NCBI RefSeq assembly: GCF_026571515.1
Contig: NW_026862270.1
Span: 1 to 64,000 of the forward strand
Direction: 5' to 3'
DNA: 64,000 nt
From: Ruditapes philippinarum
Lineage: Eukaryota
A model generated the notes under the pieces. It was not told the origin of the DNA. It searched no databases and saw only the letters and a program-made list of their open reading frames with translations. Position 1 is the first letter of the stretch, and each line of letters starts with the position of its first letter. The translations under genes and the position numbers were made by a program. This document shows, piece by piece, positions 27,332-39,758 of the stretch.

Positions 27332-28150
27332 ATGTTTGGAAATAATATGTACGGACACTACATGCATATGGGTGGTCAATCCAACTCTGGTTTCGGGACA
27401 ACAGGGTTTGGCAGTCAACACCAACCTCAAAGTGCTTTTGGGATGACCAAAAAGGGACAAACTGGAGCATTTGGTCAGGCAAATCCATTCCTAGACCCCA
27501 ATGGTATGATGCATCATGGGTATGATGGTATTCATCATCATGGTCACCATGGAATTTTGCGCCAGAATTCCCTTCTCGGAGAAATGACCCAGTCAAAAGC
27601 CGAACGTGCAAAAGGAGTTAAGCCATGGGCATTTTCAAGTATAAGCTTCCCAGTTGGACATGATGACAATGTACTATCAACTATGTATGACAAACCACTT
27701 GAAAAGCCTAAGCCAAAGCCTACTTTGGGAAGACAGCAGTCTTTCTCTGTTGCAGACAGTCTCGAACGTAAAAGAGCACCAAGTTTCAGTTCTGATCCTG
27801 ATAAGATGAGAAGTCGAACAATAAGTTCATCATCTTTACCTACAGGACGTCCTAAGTTTAGCAGATCATTGTCAATTGCAGATGATATCACTGAGCCTGT
27901 TAACATGGACATGGCAATTCCTTTCCTCCGTAGACAGCAGTCTTTGGATGTTGAAAAAATGCGCAGGAAATCACTTTCCCCAAAAAACCATTGCTTCCAC
28001 TCAACATGTTCAAACACAGACGGTCATCTAAAGTCAAAGAGAATATGGATAAATCTGAAACTTCCAGCTTGCAATTATCTACAAGGTCAAGAAGCAACAC
28101 TGGTGAAAGTCATGTTTCTTCTAGGTCATCCACAGGATCACAAAAACTAA
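27332..28150 (+). CDS. ORF A: low-complexity G/H/M-rich then RxxS-rich protein; probable N-terminus of the giant tetraspanin
   Basis: 272-aa ATG ORF in good context (ACAATGT); repeated basophilic kinase motifs RQNSL, RQQSF, RAPSF, RSLSI, RQQSL; overlaps ORF B in the -1 frame. Confidence 0.75.
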   Translation: MFGNNMYGHYMHMGGQSNSGFGTTGFGSQHQPQSAFGMTKKGQTGAFGQANPFLDPNGMMHHGYDGIHHHGHHGILRQNSLLGEMTQSKAERAKGVKPWAFSSISFPVGHDDNVLSTMYDKPLEKPKPKPTLGRQQSFSVADSLERKRAPSFSSDPDKMRSRTISSSSLPTGRPKFSRSLSIADDITEPVNMDMAIPFLRRQQSLDVEKMRRKSLSPKNHCFHSTCSNTDGHLKSKRIWINLKLPACNYLQGQEATLVKVMFLLGHPQDHKN

Positions 28151-31137
28151 GTCCAACAAGTCAACAAAAATTATCACTAAACAACAGCCCAAGTAAGCCC
28201 AACAGCACAAATGATGAGGACAAATTAATTCTTAGCCTTTTGAATCCTGAGGTCCCAGATGATGATGTATTTCGGTCTAATAATTCACGTGAAGATAAAA
28301 ATATTCAAATGGAAAATGAAATAGCAAAAGTTCAGGCAAAGCCAGTTGAAGTTTCACCAATACAGCAGCCAAATCATTTGGATGTTTCTTCGCTACAATC
28401 CCCTACCTTAGTTACCAAACGAGTGCAACACCTTATCAGCAATGAACCCGACACTGAATCTGTTAAATCAAATGATTCAGAGCAGTTAACCCCACAACCA
28501 GCGAGATCTAGAGCAAGTAGCAAATCATCTAGAAAATCAAAATCACCAGCAAGAAGCACTGCTCTACTTGTTCCAGGACCATCTTTGACAGCTCCAAGAA
28601 AACCAGAAAACAAAATAGATAGTAAGCTGGTTCCTTATACTGACCAAACAGATTCTGAAAACTCTGATGTGTATTATGAATGCAATAACCAAAGTCAGAA
28701 AAATTCTCCAATACTTGCTAAAAATGAAAGCAATCAAGCTGGAAAGGGTAAGAAAAGATCAGTAAAGAAACCAAGAAACACTTGCAGCTCAAGTACATGT
28801 ACTGATGGCGAAGATACCACTTCAACTTGTGAGACTCCACCTAGATCAGTATTTCGCGACATTCAACAAAAGCATTACCCTGAAGCACCAACAAACAAAT
28901 ATCCTCATGATACGGATTTTATACCAAAAGACATTCATGAAGCAAAAACTTTACCTATTAGAGAAAAAGGACTACAAAGCAAACAAGGAGAAAAGGCAGG
29001 CGTAAGACGATTATCTAACAATAATCCTTATACTAGAAAAGTAAATGAAATAAGTGATGAAGATAATGCTAAAGTATCAAACCATGAACTACTTGTGCCT
29101 AGCTATGCACCAGTTTTAAAAGGTGAACCAGGTTCAAAAGAAACTTTGAATAATGATATAGGAACTGCTGACAGTTCTGAAAGTGGATATGCTACAAGTT
29201 ATATTCCAACTTCACCAAAGAACTATGACCATATAAAAGTATCTCAATTTGTTAACTCTCTTCCAAATTACCCAGACATGGATGAACATAGATCTGAAAG
29301 TAGTCATAATGATGGTGTTCTTAATGGTTCAGAAACCGAAAGTGATCTTGATGATGATAATAACAAGATACAGAACTACCCACGCGCTGACTTAGACATC
29401 ACAAGCATAAACTGTGCTAGTGGAAGTGACTCTGAAAATGAATCTGTCAGAACTAATAACTCAATATCAAAACTTGAGGTCATGAAAATTCTTGAAAGTC
29501 CAACAGATGTAAGAGAAAGAGTAACAAACGCAATGAATGGAAAATCAAATGAAAAGCTTACATCTAAGTATGATGATACTTTACCAAAATATTCAAGCAT
29601 CAGAAAAGGAAGCAATGCTTCAGAAACTGAGCTGCTTAAACTGATGAAACCAGAAAAGGATGAAATCGATAGTGCTCCAGAGAAAATTGAAAAGAAGAAA
29701 CACGTTGAGGTTAATTGTGTAGTTGTAAGTACAGACTCACCTTTAGGGGAAGGAGCTGAAACGAAACTATTGAGGCATCCAGAGAAACCATCATTTGCTT
29801 CATCTGTGATTGATAAGTTGAGTTTTAGGAGAGAATATTCATCTGTATATCAAAGTAAATCAACAAACTGTGTAGATGGACTACTGCATTTTCTAAATCT
29901 GTTGCTATTTCTCTCAAGTGCTGGGGTTGTTGGCTTTGGCATATGGCTTCAGCTGAAAGACTTCAATGTGAATGATATAACTATTATTCTAGGTAACAAT
30001 TTATTGCAAATTATAACATACGTTGCAATAGCAGGAGCAGGGGTGGCATTATTAGCAGCATGTTGTTTATGTTGTGGTATAAGACAGGATAAATCTGGTC
30101 TTGGATTCTATGCATTTGTTCTTATTGGCGTTGTCATAGCATTTACTTGTGCTGCAGTGTTAAGTTACATATTTTCCAACAAACTGGGAGGAACAGATTT
30201 CAGATTCGATTTTAAAGATAGACTTGTGACAATGTATGGTGTAGATGATGGAGAAGTACAGCATCAGTTTTTAACAAGTGCTTGGGACAATATGCAATCT
30301 GAATTTCAATGTTGTGGGGGTGATGGGAATGGAAATGACACAGAGTCATGGCTTTTGTATAGAAAAAGTGCCTGGTATCTAAAATTTGCTGATAAAGGTA
30401 AAATGTTTGTGCCAGAGAGCTGCTGCAAAAAGAACTCAAACATACAAATTTGCCAAGGTGGTGATCCAGATTTACTAGGACCACCAAGGTATGCACCACC
30501 AAAAAAACTACAGAAATATTACAAGGAATTAAATACAAATCTTAATCACCATGGTTGTTATGATAATTTTTCAGCTTACTTGTCAACATTATGTAAGTAC
30601 ATAGCTATAGTGTGTGGAAGCTTAGCTGGACTTTATTTCCTCACTGTGATGCTTACCTGGGTTTTCTGTTTTAAGAAAAGTCAGGACTCCAATGAAAGTT
30701 TCATGGAGGACTCTTATTATGACATCGAAGATGATGTGTTTAATAGTGAAGATGGAAACGTTAGAAACAAAGAGATAGATGATAATCATTTAATGGAAGA
30801 GACAAAGTTCATTAATATGCCAATTAAATCTGCTCTCAAAGCACCTGAGGTCATGGTGAATGGTAATATTAGAAATTCAGACAATGACAATAGGAGAATG
30901 TATGCAAGTGAAAGAATTAACTATCATGATAATGATAATGAAAGTTCTGAGGACGAGAGTGATGAAGATGATGATGTGGAATCTGGTAGGAGTACGCCAA
31001 GTGAGGTTATAGACCGGAGAAACATGTGGCTAGCAGGCTCAACTGCTGGTCATCTTCTGTCTATAGCTATTGAGGAAGAAGACAGTAACTTTGAAGACTC
31101 TGATATTGAGAGTCCACGTAACTCAGCAAATGTTTAA
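27991..31137 (+). CDS. ORF B: intronless tetraspanin-family protein with very long disordered N-terminus and acidic C-tail
   Basis: Four hydrophobic segments within about 29870-30672; large extracellular loop with AWDxMQSEFQCCG, VPESCC and HHGC (6 Cys); juxtamembrane CCLCC. First in-frame ATG is at 28006; fusion with ORF A gives 1268 aa. Confidence 0.92.
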   Translation: MLPLNMFKHRRSSKVKENMDKSETSSLQLSTRSRSNTGESHVSSRSSTGSQKLSPTSQQKLSLNNSPSKPNSTNDEDKLILSLLNPEVPDDDVFRSNNSREDKNIQMENEIAKVQAKPVEVSPIQQPNHLDVSSLQSPTLVTKRVQHLISNEPDTESVKSNDSEQLTPQPARSRASSKSSRKSKSPARSTALLVPGPSLTAPRKPENKIDSKLVPYTDQTDSENSDVYYECNNQSQKNSPILAKNESNQAGKGKKRSVKKPRNTCSSSTCTDGEDTTSTCETPPRSVFRDIQQKHYPEAPTNKYPHDTDFIPKDIHEAKTLPIREKGLQSKQGEKAGVRRLSNNNPYTRKVNEISDEDNAKVSNHELLVPSYAPVLKGEPGSKETLNNDIGTADSSESGYATSYIPTSPKNYDHIKVSQFVNSLPNYPDMDEHRSESSHNDGVLNGSETESDLDDDNNKIQNYPRADLDITSINCASGSDSENESVRTNNSISKLEVMKILESPTDVRERVTNAMNGKSNEKLTSKYDDTLPKYSSIRKGSNASETELLKLMKPEKDEIDSAPEKIEKKKHVEVNCVVVSTDSPLGEGAETKLLRHPEKPSFASSVIDKLSFRREYSSVYQSKSTNCVDGLLHFLNLLLFLSSAGVVGFGIWLQLKDFNVNDITIILGNNLLQIITYVAIAGAGVALLAACCLCCGIRQDKSGLGFYAFVLIGVVIAFTCAAVLSYIFSNKLGGTDFRFDFKDRLVTMYGVDDGEVQHQFLTSAWDNMQSEFQCCGGDGNGNDTESWLLYRKSAWYLKFADKGKMFVPESCCKKNSNIQICQGGDPDLLGPPRYAPPKKLQKYYKELNTNLNHHGCYDNFSAYLSTLCKYIAIVCGSLAGLYFLTVMLTWVFCFKKSQDSNESFMEDSYYDIEDDVFNSEDGNVRNKEIDDNHLMEETKFINMPIKSALKAPEVMVNGNIRNSDNDNRRMYASERINYHDNDNESSEDESDEDDDVESGRSTPSEVIDRRNMWLAGSTAGHLLSIAIEEEDSNFEDSDIESPRNSANV

Positions 31138-33000
31138 AATCATATTTTGCTTACTGGTGATCTTAACCTGGGTTGGGCTCTGGACCTTACTGTAATGAAA
31201 TTATGTTGGATTTATTTAAATCTGTTTATTTAAATCTCCGGCTTCAAGTGAAATTATTCCAGATCTTTAGTGACCTTATAGCACATTCAGGTGCTATAAA
31301 TAATGTTACTTCGCAATTTGGAATTTTGCAGGGTTACAAACAAGCTTGAACAGTTACATCTTTGATATGTTGCACTATCAATTAGAGATGAAGTTATCTA
31401 AAATGAGCACAATAATGCTGATAACTATATTTTGAACATGACTTACAGATAAGGTGGAAAAAATACCCATCTTTGCTGATATTCGAGATAACATCTTTCA
31501 CAGATATTCATTTGTTATATTATATTTGCTTTTATATATAAATATGTTTAAAAAAAGATAGTGCTAAATGTATCTTCTTGCTCATGTATTCATTATATTC
31601 TGTTGTTTCGAGTTGATTTTTGAAAACATTAGGTTGTTCTTCACTATAAATTTTGTAAATGTAAAAAACAAAGTTTTATTTTGTTGCTTAAACGTATACT
31701 TACTACTTATTGTTAAGCTAATTTCTATAAAACATATCTGTGCTTTTCATTGCACATTGGTCATATACAATTACTTCAATTACATCAAATTTTTCATCTG
31801 ATATCATGCAGCAGCATAGATCAAAAATCAACCCAAAACTTCTTTTAATTTTTTTTTCCTGTAAATAATGCACTTGAATCAGATTTTAGATGCTTAAAGC
31901 ATATTTATGTATCAGCTGGACCAGTTTATCTTTATATATGATAGCATGTTGAAAATATAACGTTACATGCCAATAGGACTTTAATTGTTATCTTGATGAA
32001 AATGACACTATGTACATAAAGCTTCTATTTCATGATGGTTTCTAGGGATAAAAGTAAAGTAAAATTTTGGACAAAGAATTCTCTGTTAAAAGATTTTGAA
32101 ATACTATTTACATATTAGATGCTGTATATTTTTGAAATTCATTTTAAACACACTTATCTTTAGATCATTGTAGGCTCCATGTCTTCTGTAAGATTATCTT
32201 AATTAAAGAAAGAGGCATACAAAATGCTAAAAGAAATATATAATTTTAACTTAGAATTTACGAAGGGTTGTGGAATTTTCATACTGTTTTTTAATTACTT
32301 TAGAAAAAAAAAAAGAACAAAGGTTGCAAAATTTTGACACTGCTTTTTTTACACTCAGAAAAAAAAACAAGAGACATAAAAGATCTTATAAAAGTTCAAA
32401 CTTATGTTTTATCTTTTATCTCACTGTGAGTATAAAGAATAACTATGTGATATTTTTAAATCATTTATATGAAGTGACAGAAAAACAATTTTTGATTTGG
32501 ATTTATAAGAATTTGATTGAAAATGGACACAGAATGGCTCTCCTTATCAATTAATTTGATCATCCAAAACAAGTGTACATAATTGTATATGCATTGCATT
32601 ATCAATTTTACCAGTTGTTTCAACATTTTTTTCGCTTTAATGCATTTCTAGGGTCTCAAAATAGTGCTTGAACTACCTTTGTTTGATTCTTTTGGTGGTG
32701 GGGGAGGGGGAATTAAATAAATAGGGCAACTTTTTAACTTTATCAATCTGTTTTTACAAATAGGGCTAAATTTCTAATTATTTTACTTCTTGTTCATGAA
32801 CAAATAATTTGAATCTGAAGTGCTGCATAGGAAATATTACCTGTGATAATTAGACTAGATGACTATAGAGTCTTTTGTTTTGTTTTTTGTTTTGATAAAC
32901 TTTTGGAAATGGTTTCTTAATCTAAGTGCTTGTAATATTATTTGCATATAATTATATAACTTTATTATTATCATTACTATATTTTATTTGTTCATTTTGA

Positions 33001-33006
33001 AATAAA
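33001..33006 (+). promoter_or_regulatory. Candidate polyadenylation signal of the tetraspanin gene
   Basis: AATAAA at the end of a T-rich 1.9-kb 3'UTR-like tract, followed by GT/T-rich sequence. Confidence 0.45.
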
Positions 33007-35234
33007 CACTTTTTAAATACTGGTAAATTGTTCTGTTCTTACATATAAATTTACCTTTGATTTATAGACTTTGAGCTGACTATATTAGTTTTTTTCTGTT
33101 TTGCCTTCATTGTTATCTTAAAAAAAAAGCAAAACTTGTTTTTAATGGAAATTTAATATCATTAAAATATTTATTCATTTACTATTAGCATTATGGTTCA
33201 TTTGTCTAATGGTTTGATTTTAAAAAAATAATAATACATATGGCCCATGTAATCATTATGAAGGCTGTGGCAATGGCAGCCAGTCCCATGTGTGCAATCT
33301 GGCCAGACTCTACATGGCTGCATGGTAATTCTTTTATCATTTGAGACATCAACACCCCATATTAACAATGTACAACATCCAAACTCAAAGCAGGACATAT
33401 CCATTGATGAAATTAAGGGTAGTCAGGTTTATAAGCATTGTTCATGGCATGATTTATGAAAATAATAAACACGGGGGATTGAAATGAAGAATTTAGTTAC
33501 TTTTAATTCTCTTTTAGACAAATAATTAAACACAATCTTCATTGCCCAAATGATGAGGTTATTTTAATTACAACCAATACATAAACCATATGAAATTTTA
33601 AAGATAACAGGTATTTCAATCATTTATAACTTTATGACACCAATGCTGAATATAAATAACCAATCTGATTGGCTAAATTTAGCAGCTGAAATAACAGCAG
33701 ATGACATTTGTTACTTTAAATTTGTTAAGAAACAAATTTTTACTAGACCATGAAGCAGCATCAAGGCTGAATACTTCATAAAACTTGTTTATAAAATTAC
33801 ATAAACTCCATAAAATAACATCCAAATTTTCGCAGGCTGGCCTAAATATTCATGCAAACTTGCCTAAACATTCTTGCAGACTAGCCTAAACGTCCATGAA
33901 GGCTGCCTAAACATCCATGCAGACTTGCTTAAACATCCATGTAGGCTGTTAAACTAGTGAAATGTGTTGGCTACCCAACATCAAATTTAAAAAATAATAT
34001 AATTTTTGCATACTACTCAATGCAATGCCAAGAAATGTATTTTAAGGAATAATATTATACCTCATTTTTTAGATTTTTTTATTTCACAAATATTTCCATG
34101 TACAATGCTTAAAACTCTGACTACCCTTGATTCCCATAATGGATTTGTCCTGTTTTGAATTGGTGTTTTGATATGAATGCAATATAATTTTCATCTTTCT
34201 TTTGAAATGCAATTTACAGCTTCTCATGCATCTTTCACTTCAATAAATTTGTCATAATTACCAAATTTTACATTCTTGAACTGCATTAAATATACACAAT
34301 TCTACTTTGTGTAAGTAATAAACCACGATCTTGCATAATGTTATGGCTATGAAAAACATAAACTTCAAATTAAACCTTGTTTATTGTTGTGAAATATGGT
34401 TTGATTCTAAATAAATTTGATTGCTAAAGAATCATAAAACTGCTATTTCAAGTAAAGCCTGTGAAATGCAAATATTTGCAACAAATTATAAGTAGTTTAG
34501 ATTAACTGCATGCACAAGGCAAAAATAATTTTACCATTTTATTCTGTCCACACTTAATCCTCTAAAAAAATTACTAAATTTTTTTTTCAGTATTTTTTCT
34601 TTTTGGAAGAGCAATACTTTATTCAGAGAAAAGAAATGTTATTGAGATATTGCAGGCCACATAGTATTATAAAATGATTCAATTCAAACAGTCCAGTAAC
34701 AATTTGTTAAGAATAATACACTATATATGCTTAAACCATTTTTCAGATTAAAATTTAAAGAATTTATAAATTATTTATTTACAAGTGTTTCCAAACCAAA
34801 TATCTTTAAGCTACAAATGTAACTTGTTTATGTATCAATCTTGTTCAAACCCAGTCAGGGGCAAGCTGTTGTTACAAGTCCTAATTTTTGTGAGCACCCA
34901 TTGCTTAGTACTGGTTTGTTCCAGGAACAGATTTGAGATTGTTTCAACAAGCTTACAGCTTCCAAGTCACAATAAAACTAACTTAATAAATTTGTATCAA
35001 CAAATCTTGAAAGAATCATTTACCAACTTGAGGGAAAACTTCAGAATAAGTACTGAATGACAAGTAAACAAAGAACAATGCCGGCAATGATCTTGGTCGA
35101 AGGTACAGGTTACATTGGTAGAATCACTTACAGACTTAAAGGGATTTAAATTAATATCTCAAACATGCCAATTATTTCTTTTTATATACATACTTAGATA
35201 ATTAAATAATTTGGATTTTTTTTTAAATTTTAGT

Positions 35235-35370
35235 NNNNNNNNNNNNNNNNNNNNNNNNNNNNNNNNNNNNNNNNNNNNNNNNNNNNNNNNNNNNNNNNNN
35301 NNNNNNNNNNNNNNNNNNNNNNNNNNNNNNNNNNNNNNNNNNNNNNNNNNNNNNNNNNNNNNNNNNNNNN
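35235..35370. other. Assembly gap (136 N)
   Basis: Run of N. Confidence 1.
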
Positions 35371-36409
35371 AAATAACTGAAGTTCCAATTTTTGATCCAC
35401 TAAGCAAATGACACAAATTGTGAAATTAATGTACAGAACCATGATTTATGTTTTTTTTTGTTGGATATCATATTATTGTATGTATTATTATTTTTTGCAC
35501 TCTACTACTGCTATACAGCAGATTAAAATATAAATAATTTGATCAATATCATTAGTCATATCAGTTCATAAATGTCTTAGATTTTTATTTACGATATGCC
35601 AATTTAATTCCTTTGTTATAATTTAATATGTTATAGGCAAATTGTTAAAGCTTTTGATTCATCTATTAAAATGCCTGTATAATACAGCTTTATTCAGTGT
35701 TTGACCTTTTTTGTTTATCCTATGCCCATAAACGTCTGCTTTTAAAACCTTATAAAAATAGTAGGAAAATCGATTTTTAAATCTAGTCCAGCAGGAGTTG
35801 TCTACCTTGTGAATGTTAATTAAAACTTTTAGGTCATGAAGAGTTACCTTTTCTTGAAATTCTAAAATATGTTGCGTGAGAAGAGGTTTGAGTTTTCAAG
35901 TAATCAAAGTTGCTAAGTGAAGAACACTTGATCATTACAGCTATGGGTTTGAGCCCTACTGCATCCGAGTGGGTCCAAATACTGCGTCTGTGAGGCTCCT
36001 TCTTTAGAAGTTAAGCTATTGAAACTACCAGTGTCAGCAACATAACATTCTATGCCCAGCTGTTTACTGTACCAATTATGTATGAACACACTGTTGGATA
36101 AACTTGGCAATTGTTTAATCAGTAATTAACATAATTATTGGATTGTTGTATTCATAATCAAGGGATAATGTGAATTAATTAATTTCTCATTAAAACTGAC
36201 ACTGTCTATAATATTATTATCAATTAATAACTAAGTACTATAAGTATTTTCATTTAAATGAACTATGCTTCAATCTTTGTTCACAGTTTTGCAAAGGATG
36301 GTTGTTTCTTTCTGATTAAAAGATAGTTTGCAAGAAAAGTAACCCAATATAGCAAAAGATTCTGTAAAGGCTGAACTTTGCTTAGCTGAGTATAGGCAGA
36401 TAAAACTTT

Positions 36410-36660
36410 TTGAGTTTTAAACCATATTGATATAGTAATGGTCATATGACAACATTCCAGCTTTACTGATGGAGGGATACCTCAGGTGCGCTGCCATGTT
36501 GTGTTTAGGCACCTGTGTGGAACCAAACGACCTTCTGTAAGCTAGCCAGAGATAAGTTTCTCACAATCGTGTAAGCTTTTAAAGCCCTCTGCAAGACTCG
36601 AACCTACAGTTGTTAGGGGCAGGTGATTTAAAGAAAGCGCGGCAGGGACCAATCAGCTCT
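36410..36660 (-). mobile_element. tRNA-derived SINE (degenerate)
   Basis: GGTCATATG..CCAGCTTTACTG..GGAGG..AGGTGC..GAACC..TAAGCTAGC body plus reverse B-box-like ACTCGAACC; related copies at about 4725-4880, 44200-44270 and 54830-55030. Confidence 0.6.
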
Positions 36661-37269
36661 ACAGTCATTTCTACAATACATTTCTAGCAAAAATCTTTCA
36701 AGAATGTAATGTAGAATAAATCTGACTGATTAGAAACAGTTCAGACCTTGATAAGACCATGATCAAACAATGTGGGATATGTCGGCTGACCATTGTCTGG
36801 ACTGCAGGCATTGGTATAACCTGTTGCATATTTTTTTAATTTAAAAAATCTTCTTCAATGATCTATTATCAAAAATGACCACTTTATTCACCGTTTCTCA
36901 AGGCTTGTGGTTATAAACAATGTTTTTACGCTACACAATTGTGGTAATTGAAGTTTGAATAGTAATTAGGAAAGATGCCTAGGGTAACAGAATTGTATTT
37001 CTAGATAAATTGATCAAATTGGTTTTCAAATGTTTTTTTAATGGAAATAGACAAGAAATATATGATATAAAAGTGATACAAAATGTGATTAAAATAATGT
37101 ATTTTATGCTACATCATTATCTAAACTTGCATGGTTGAAAGCACATTGATGTGTATTTCAAACACTTTTACATTTTCAAAATTATGACATTAAGTTAAAA
37201 CACAAAACAAAGCTCAACAGCTTCTAAACCAACTTTAAAGGCACAGCCAATGTGCTATCTATAAAAATC

Positions 37270-38175
37270 TAGGCAGTTAAAGCAACATGCTTCCAGATTC
37301 ATACAAACCACTATGCAAATCTGACCAGTTAACAGCAGCACACCTCCAGATTAATACAAACATCAATGACAATTTAACAAGTTAAAGCAGCACACCTCCA
37401 AATTAATACAAACATTAATGACTATTTGGCCAGTTAAATGAAATGCAGCACACCTCTAGATTAATACAATCAGGCCAGTTAAAGCAGCACACCTCCATAT
37501 TCATACAAACATATTTGACAATTTAGCCAGTTAAGTGCAGCACACCTCCAGATTCATACAAACATTAATGACAATAAGGCCAATTAAATGCAGCACACCT
37601 CCAGATTTATACAAACATTAATGACAATTTAGCCAGTTAAAGCAGCAAAACTTCAGATTCATATAAACATTAATCCCAATTTAGCCAGTTAAGCAGCACA
37701 CCTCAAGATTCATATAAACAGCTATAGCAATTTAGCCAGTTAAAGCAGCACACCTCCAGATTCATACAAACATCAATGACAATTTGGCCAGTTAAAGCAG
37801 CACACCTCCAGATTCATACAAACATCAATGACAATTTGGCCAGTTAAAGCAGCACACCTCCAGATTCATACAAACATCAATGACAATTTGTCCAGTTAAA
37901 GCAGCACACCTCCAGATTCATACAAACAGCTATAGCAATTTAGCCAGTTAAAGCAGCACACCTCCAGAATTACAATTAAGCCAGTTAAAGCAGCACACCA
38001 CCAGATTCATACAAACAGCTATAATAATTTAGCCAGTAAAAGCATCACACCTCCAGATTCAATATAACATTATATGGTAATTCAGCCAGTTAAAGCAGCA
38101 CACCTCCAGATTCATTCACAAACATCAATGGCAATTTAGCCAGTTAAAGCAGCACATACCTAGATTCATGCAAAT
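37270..38175. repeat. 52-bp minisatellite (GCCAGTTAAAGCAGCACACCTCCAGATTCATACAAACATCAATGACAATTTG), about 17 units
   Basis: Period of 52, e.g. 37787 to 37839. Confidence 0.95.
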
Positions 38176-39199
38176 ATTTATGGATATTAAGAAGAGTTCA
38201 AATTATCATTAATATCTTCTATTGAACAAATTAAGTGATTACAGCAGAATTTCAGCACTTGTTATTCTAAAAAAACTGATATCATCTGTTGGGATAAGCA
38301 AAAATTGCCCTAAAACTGTTTGTTATGAGGCAGATATAATTTTATGCTGATAAAAACAGTAAATCCATTCACATAGTCCATAAAGCAATAGCACAAATAT
38401 CACATTTAGTGGGAATATTTATATAATATATATGATTTCATTTATGCATATTTTGCAGCTGTAAAGACATTTAAGCCCTCATTTATCTTTAACAAATCTG
38501 TTTTAAACATTCATTACATTCATATCCCTCCTAGTATTGCAGGGCTACCTATTGCAGGCCTTTTTTTCCATAAAGGAAGGGGCTGTATAAGAGAAACATT
38601 ACTGTCAGCAAATTCTTTAAAATGATTTAATTTTCCCATAAAATTCAATTAACATCAAGTTTGTTCAAGTTTATACTGTTGCAATAATACTGCATTATTT
38701 TCCCCCTAAAATTAGAGGGAATTTATCAAAATATTTGTACATTTTATAAAAAATATTTCATTAGATAGTTATTACAGCTTTATACCATTTAATAGTAAAA
38801 TATTAGGATTTATTATATACCTTGTTAATTTTATACTATATTACATCATACAACAGTCTGTCACAAACAATGCATCCATGGCATGTCATACTTAAACAAG
38901 TACACATAAGTGATAATTAGTCATTAAATTACATCTTTCTTTATTTGCTCTCTTATTACTGTGAGTTCTTTTTGCATGCAACTACATACAAATAATTTAT
39001 GAACTTTAAGTACCAAATCTGGTACCTTATCTAAATCATTTGCACTAATTGGGAAACAAAATTAATGTCCTCATTATGAAGATTGTTAGAGCTGAAGGTA
39101 GGACAGTGGTTCTATTTATGGATAATTATATGTAATTGTCTTATGACAGATGCTGATAATAAATAACAATTGACACACATTACATGGTATATTTCTTAA

Positions 39200-39441
39200 A
39201 GCAGCATTAGCCTCGGAAATGCTTTTTTTCTTTATTTCTTAGAAGCTTTTTAATTTTGTTGTACTTCATCAAAATACTACTTTATTTACATTTCCGTACT
39301 TTTATGACACATTATTTCGTTACTTTCTCCAGGTAACAAGCATCTACCATTCTTTAAAACCATTATTTAAACATTATAAAATTCATGTTTGCCCTTTCTA
39401 ATGAAATAGAAATTTCTTTGTTTCTGAGGCATAATGTGCCT
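39200..39441. mobile_element. TTAA-flanked MITE (same family as 10020-10391)
   Basis: TTAA|AGCAGCATTAGCCTCGG ... CTGAGGCATAATGTGCCT|TTAA. Confidence 0.55.
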
Positions 39442-39483
39442 TTAACTATAGGATATGTTGATCTTAATATGTGTAACAAACAT

Positions 39484-39758
39484 CAGGGAGGCAAACCCAA
39501 TCAACACTCCAAATAAGTGCACATTGGAAAAATTTTGAAAGTAATTCCAGTAGTTGGTTTAAAATAAATATTTCTAGTATTGAAATAAAGTGCATAAAAA
39601 GTAAAGGAAGTGTTTTCTGTTTAGGGGCACTTAGTTTGAAGAAAATCCATTACGTATTTAGAAAGATACTCACAAAAACCTACATGAATCAAACCTAGTT
39701 TCAGAACTTTAAGCTGTGTATGAACTTTGTCCAAAAGTCAAATGGGTTTGCCACCCTG
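39484..39758. mobile_element. hAT-like MITE
   Basis: 15-bp TIRs CAGGGAGGCAAACCC and GGGTTTGCCACCCTG (one mismatch); no 8-bp TSD evident. Confidence 0.6.

Noticed and set aside
27327-30538. Antisense ORFs over the tetraspanin locus
   Set aside because: Shadow ORFs of a long coding region with no recognisable motifs.
35159-35442. ORFs spanning the N run
   Set aside because: Artefacts of the assembly gap.
33198-36110. Short Cys-containing minus-strand ORFs (33198-33404, 35913-36110)
   Set aside because: No convincing splice signals or motifs; more consistent with decayed repeats.
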